The notes under the pieces are model-generated. The model worked only from the letters and a program-made list of their open reading frames with translations. It searched no databases and was not told the origin of the DNA. 64,000 nucleotides of DNA from a virus, in IMG/VR virus record IMGVR_UViG_3300045988_117149. One strand, given 5' to 3'. This document shows positions 61,013 through 64,000 of the stretch, piece after piece. Numbering within the stretch: the first letter of the stretch is position 1; each line of letters opens with the position of its first letter. The translations under genes were made by a program, and so were the position numbers.

Positions 61013-61922
61013 TGTTCTTCTGTTTTAAGAGTTTCTTCTTATATGCTTTTCTCTGAGAGTAAGAGATTACATTCTCTGGGTACTCAATATCTTCATACTC
61101 GAGAAGTAATTCTTTTGCTTTCATTGATTTATATGTTTCCTCATATAAGTCTGGTCTGAGTACTTTGAAACTTCTAAAGAATACCTTGAAAGATGAGAAG
61201 TCTTTCTCTTGGCCATTCTTAAATTTCTTCCATATCTCTTTTACCCTTTTATTCCAGGCATTCTCTTCTGCCCCCTTGAGTACTTTCTTCAAGGGTTTAT
61301 GAGTATGATACATCAAGAGGGTCTCTACATTCCCGTACATCTGTGTCGCAAATAGGTTGATTTGTACTGACTGGTCTGGCCCATACACATATTCTGCCAT
61401 CCGTTGAATCAATAGGAAGTCGAATATCAACCGCTTGGTAATTTCCGAAGCACGGATTACCATTGTAATAACTGGTATGTCTTCCCCAAACCTTTTCGAA
61501 AATGTTGCAGCTATCAAACATTGTTTTCCATTATCATGATGATTATTAAACATATAGGTTATATTGTAATTCTGATTGTACTTATTTCTCAGTACTCTCA
61601 GTTTACTACGCAACAAGTCAAGCTTATTAAAATCTATGTAGTTATTCAATAAGCTAGTCCACTTAGTTTCTTTGTAATTGAAACACCTACCATAATCAAA
61701 TTCGGGGTCTACCCAAGCCTTTCGTATTTTAATAAATACGTTATATACTACGGCTACCCCAGAATTTGCTATTGCCCCTTTCTCAAAGAGAGCTGGGTCT
61801 AATCGAAGGAACCCTTCATTTAGTTTTTCCCATGCTTCTTGAGATGTGGCGAATTCTAACGAATGGAGGGACTCCTCCGCATTAAGCTGAAGCCCATCTA
61901 ATTTCTTATTCCATCCACTCAT
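60996..61922 (-). CDS. second, divergent ThyA-fold paralog (308 aa)
   Basis: GKQCLIAATF...VITMVIRASEITKRLIFDFLLIQRMAEYV...ATQMYGN is collinear with RIPCSMYYDF...LHICYHQRSSDFVTHFGNDVYLAWRLMEYV...DSLHAYKK of the neighbouring gene. Confidence 0.4.
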   Translation of the reverse strand: MSGWNKKLDGLQLNAEESLHSLEFATSQEAWEKLNEGFLRLDPALFEKGAIANSGVAVVYNVFIKIRKAWVDPEFDYGRCFNYKETKWTSLLNNYIDFNKLDLLRSKLRVLRNKYNQNYNITYMFNNHHDNGKQCLIAATFSKRFGEDIPVITMVIRASEITKRLIFDFLLIQRMAEYVYGPDQSVQINLFATQMYGNVETLLMYHTHKPLKKVLKGAEENAWNKRVKEIWKKFKNGQEKDFSSFKVFFRSFKVLRPDLYEETYKSMKAKELLLEYEDIEYPENVISYSQRKAYKKKLLKQKNNENIQ

Positions 61923-61923
61923 A

Positions 61924-62754
61924 TCAATAATTGGTATTCTGTCTCCAGAGATTTAACCTTTGTTTCTTATAGAATAACCTAAATAGGTTTTCATCTGTAA
62001 ACCCATTCAATGCAAGGAATCCCATATACAAGTAGAATGATTTTACCAAAGCCTCCTGATAATCTAATTCCTTAGTCATCACCTGAGTTTGTTTCCAAGG
62101 CCTTGACTTTAATAGGTTTCTTGCCTTGTTCAATTCGTATATAACATCGAACAAGTGTAATTTCTCATCCTCATGTAGTACTTCGTTCAGATTATGGAAT
62201 CCCGGTGTATATTGTATCACTGATTCATAATTCGGAGTATGAGATGGGTGAATTACACAGTACCCAATCCTTTGCCCAGGATATTCGCTCTCTCCTGAAA
62301 TTAATATCTCCTTAACCCCAATAGCCATTACATCAAACAAGCTCTTTGCATTCTTATAGCTAAGAATATCTTCAGGAAGAATATTTGAATAAGCTAGAAG
62401 AGTAATATAGAAACCAATTGCATCAGCCTGTTCCTCATTTGCATTAGCTAAATGATTTAGTACTTCTTGATACTCCTCTTCGGTGAGATTATCAATATTC
62501 CAACCATATTTCTTAGTGAGTGTTACAGCAGCATCGGTTGATTCAAAACCTTCGGTGAGTTCTTCAATAACTCTACCAATAAAGTCCTTCAAAATAACTT
62601 GGCTTTTTGAGTTATTGATATCCAAAGGGTATACAGGTAATTTCTCTATATTCCTATACCCTTCGAATTGCTCAATGCCAAGTTTATAGATTTCCTGGAG
62701 TATGTTTTCTTGTGATACTTCAGGAACTGCTCCTTTTATATTTCGTATATCCAT
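61924..62754 (-). CDS. hypothetical; possible all-alpha NTP pyrophosphohydrolase (MazG/dimeric dUTPase-like, 276 aa)
   Basis: FIGRVIEELTEGFES and NEEQADAIGFYITLLAY resemble the paired EExxE / EExxD helices of MazG-like enzymes. Weak, by eye only. Confidence 0.25.
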   Translation of the reverse strand: MDIRNIKGAVPEVSQENILQEIYKLGIEQFEGYRNIEKLPVYPLDINNSKSQVILKDFIGRVIEELTEGFESTDAAVTLTKKYGWNIDNLTEEEYQEVLNHLANANEEQADAIGFYITLLAYSNILPEDILSYKNAKSLFDVMAIGVKEILISGESEYPGQRIGYCVIHPSHTPNYESVIQYTPGFHNLNEVLHEDEKLHLFDVIYELNKARNLLKSRPWKQTQVMTKELDYQEALVKSFYLYMGFLALNGFTDENLFRLFYKKQRLNLWRQNTNY

Positions 62755-62756
62755 AG

Positions 62757-63296
62757 TTATCTATCTCCTGTTGAACCAAAACCATTTGCTCCTCTACTTC
62801 CCCACATTTGAGATTCAGAATAATACTCCTCTTGTTGAATCTCCTCAGGCTCGGTAAGATATACAGGAACATGTATAAACTGTACAACCTTTTTCCCAGC
62901 TTCCAACCTAACAAGATAATTAGAGGTATTTACTATCCCAATATGTACTTCACCTACATAGGGAGAATCTACAATCTCGGCAGTAAAAATAAGACCTTGA
63001 TTTGTAGAAATACCCGATTTGTTTGAAGCCATAAGCATAGATTCCCTTGGTTCAATTAATACCTTGATACCTGATGGGATTAGTACTCGGCAATGGGGTG
63101 GTATTTCTATTACCTGAATATGATTTGTGTTTAAATCACAAGCATACCGAATTTGCTGTTCGGTATTTACCGAAGTACCCATCAATTCTATGGGTGTAAG
63201 GTTAGTTGGGATGTAAAAATCTAAACCGGCATCTCCGGCATTGCCTCTTGAAGGTGAGGGAACCTCTCTTACTTTTGTAAATCTTAATTTGTTCAT
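62757..63296 (-). CDS. dut: trimeric dUTPase
   Basis: GNAGDAGLDFY (motif 1-2), IVDSPYVGEVHIGIVN (motif 3), SRGANGFGSTG (motif 5). Confidence 0.85.
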   Translation of the reverse strand: MNKLRFTKVREVPSPSRGNAGDAGLDFYIPTNLTPIELMGTSVNTEQQIRYACDLNTNHIQVIEIPPHCRVLIPSGIKVLIEPRESMLMASNKSGISTNQGLIFTAEIVDSPYVGEVHIGIVNTSNYLVRLEAGKKVVQFIHVPVYLTEPEEIQQEEYYSESQMWGSRGANGFGSTGDR

Positions 63297-63481
63297 ACGT
63301 TAATTCCTATTTTAGTTAGTAATTGTCCAAAGGTTAATCCTCTTTGAGGAATGATTCCGAGTGAATGGCAGATTCGGTTAACATCCTTTTCACCCTCCAT
63401 ACAAATCTCAGAGAGTACATCATTCTGTTTTACGAAATAGTTTGGGTTGTTAAGATATATCTTAAGCATTGCCCATATCAT
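63293..63481 (-). CDS. hypothetical small protein (62 aa from ATG 63481; track ORF extends to 63550)
   Basis: ATG 63481 lies 1 nt after the upstream stop, with an ATGA overlap with dut downstream. The longer track ORF overlaps the upstream gene by 68 nt. Confidence 0.4.
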   Translation of the reverse strand: MIWAMLKIYLNNPNYFVKQNDVLSEICMEGEKDVNRICHSLGIIPQRGLTFGQLLTKIGINV

Positions 63482-63482
63482 A

Positions 63483-63872
63483 TCAAGCTTTTTCATTGCA
63501 CTCTCTATAAAGTTCTCTAATACGTTTCTTAGGTACTTCGAATTTCTCAACCGTTTTTGAAATAATCTCTTTTCTGTCTTTCCCTTTTCGAATCAAGCCT
63601 CGGATGTATTTCTTGATACCAACCGTGTCTTCTAATACATCCAAATCTTTGTATTGATTTCTCTGTTCTAACTCTTTCCTTGTAACGTTCAGATTCTGGG
63701 ACATCTTGAACGCACATAGCTCTGAATCCCCACATAGTTTACATTCTTTAGTTGATAAATCATACCCAATACCAAAGCATGGGTCTCCATTAGTACCAAG
63801 CTGAGATACATCCAAAGGAGTAAGTATATCCTGCTTAGATAGGTCTGGTAGTTGTTTCTTTTTCTTAGCCAT
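63483..63872 (-). CDS. hypothetical Cys-containing basic protein (129 aa)
   Basis: ORF-track ORF. C..G....C.LC......C pattern (CFGIGYDLSTKECKLCGDSELC). Confidence 0.5.
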   Translation of the reverse strand: MAKKKKQLPDLSKQDILTPLDVSQLGTNGDPCFGIGYDLSTKECKLCGDSELCAFKMSQNLNVTRKELEQRNQYKDLDVLEDTVGIKKYIRGLIRKGKDRKEIISKTVEKFEVPKKRIRELYRECNEKA

Positions 63873-63875
63873 TAG

Positions 63876-64000
63876 TCATCTATTTTTTTTTCGTTGATGT
63901 ATACACTATCGAACTGTTTACCATCTATCTGTAGATAAGAAAAGCCGATATTATTAATAAATAGTTCCCTGAGTTCCTCTAATTGTTGGTATGTACCATC
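63876..64000 (-). CDS. C-terminal end of a gene entering from the right edge
   Basis: Own translation of the minus strand: ...QQLEELRELFINNIGFSYLQIDGKQFDSVYINEKKNR, stop TGA at 63878..63876. Confidence 0.45.

Noticed and set aside
63883-63892. T10 (minus-strand A10) run near the right edge.
   Set aside because: A/T homopolymers are expected in an AT-rich genome. It encodes KKK three codons before the stop, and no alternative frame extension is evident.
1-64000. Stop-codon reassignment (TAG or TGA recoding), as seen in some gut phages.
   Set aside because: Very long ORFs (2056, 778, 613 and 570 aa) are intact in the standard code, and gene junctions use all three stops normally. The only broken genes are explained by homopolymer tracts.
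1-64000. Diversity-generating retroelement, or an invertible-segment (shufflon) explanation for the accessory island.
   Set aside because: No reverse transcriptase, recombinase or invertase gene is present, and no template/variable repeat pair or flanking inverted repeats are recognisable by eye.
1-64000. Assignment to crAss-like phages.
   Set aside because: BACON-like domains and a Bacteroides promoter type are shared features. However, the portal (495 aa) and MCP (372 aa) are much smaller than I recall for crAss-like phages, and no giant RNAP-like gene is in the window. I leave the family unassigned.

Overview
This 64-kb window is a contiguous piece of an AT-rich tailed dsDNA phage genome with no cellular housekeeping genes. 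The host is very probably a member of the Bacteroidota. I found at least 11 copies of the Bacteroides-type promoter (-33 TTTG / -7 TAnnTTTG), many BACON-like Ig repeats, and a pfam11860-type muramidase. There are about 90 genes, nearly all on the minus strand. Read right to left, the layout is: (i) 64-47 kb holds nucleotide metabolism and replication/recombination genes: dUTPase, two ThyA-fold proteins, family-A DNA polymerase, GroES-like, gp32-like SSB, RecA/UvsX-like, FEN, P-loop kinase, SbcCD, HNH, a resolvase-like nuclease, and a NusG-like protein next to an HTH protein. (ii) 47-31.6 kb holds about 35 small, mostly unrecognisable early-type genes. Many have their own promoter and terminator, and they include extremely acidic and extremely lysine-rich proteins. 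(iii) 31.6-28.4 kb is a largely non-coding, repeat-dense region plus a very low-GC two-gene insert. (iv) 28.4-23.2 kb is an accessory island. Two plus-strand cassettes flank three paralogous BACON-like genes, and two of those genes are cut off from their start codons by G/C homopolymer tracts. (v) 23-0 kb holds lysis genes, a C5-MTase-like gene, TerL, portal, protease-scaffold, HK97-type capsid genes, a PKD protein, a 2056-aa fibre with an S74 chaperone domain, and further BACON-like virion proteins. I saw no integrase, tRNA, CRISPR array or reverse transcriptase. All functional calls rest on motif recognition by eye and on reference sequences remembered from E. coli and T4. No database search was run. 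Coordinates of short motifs were counted by hand.
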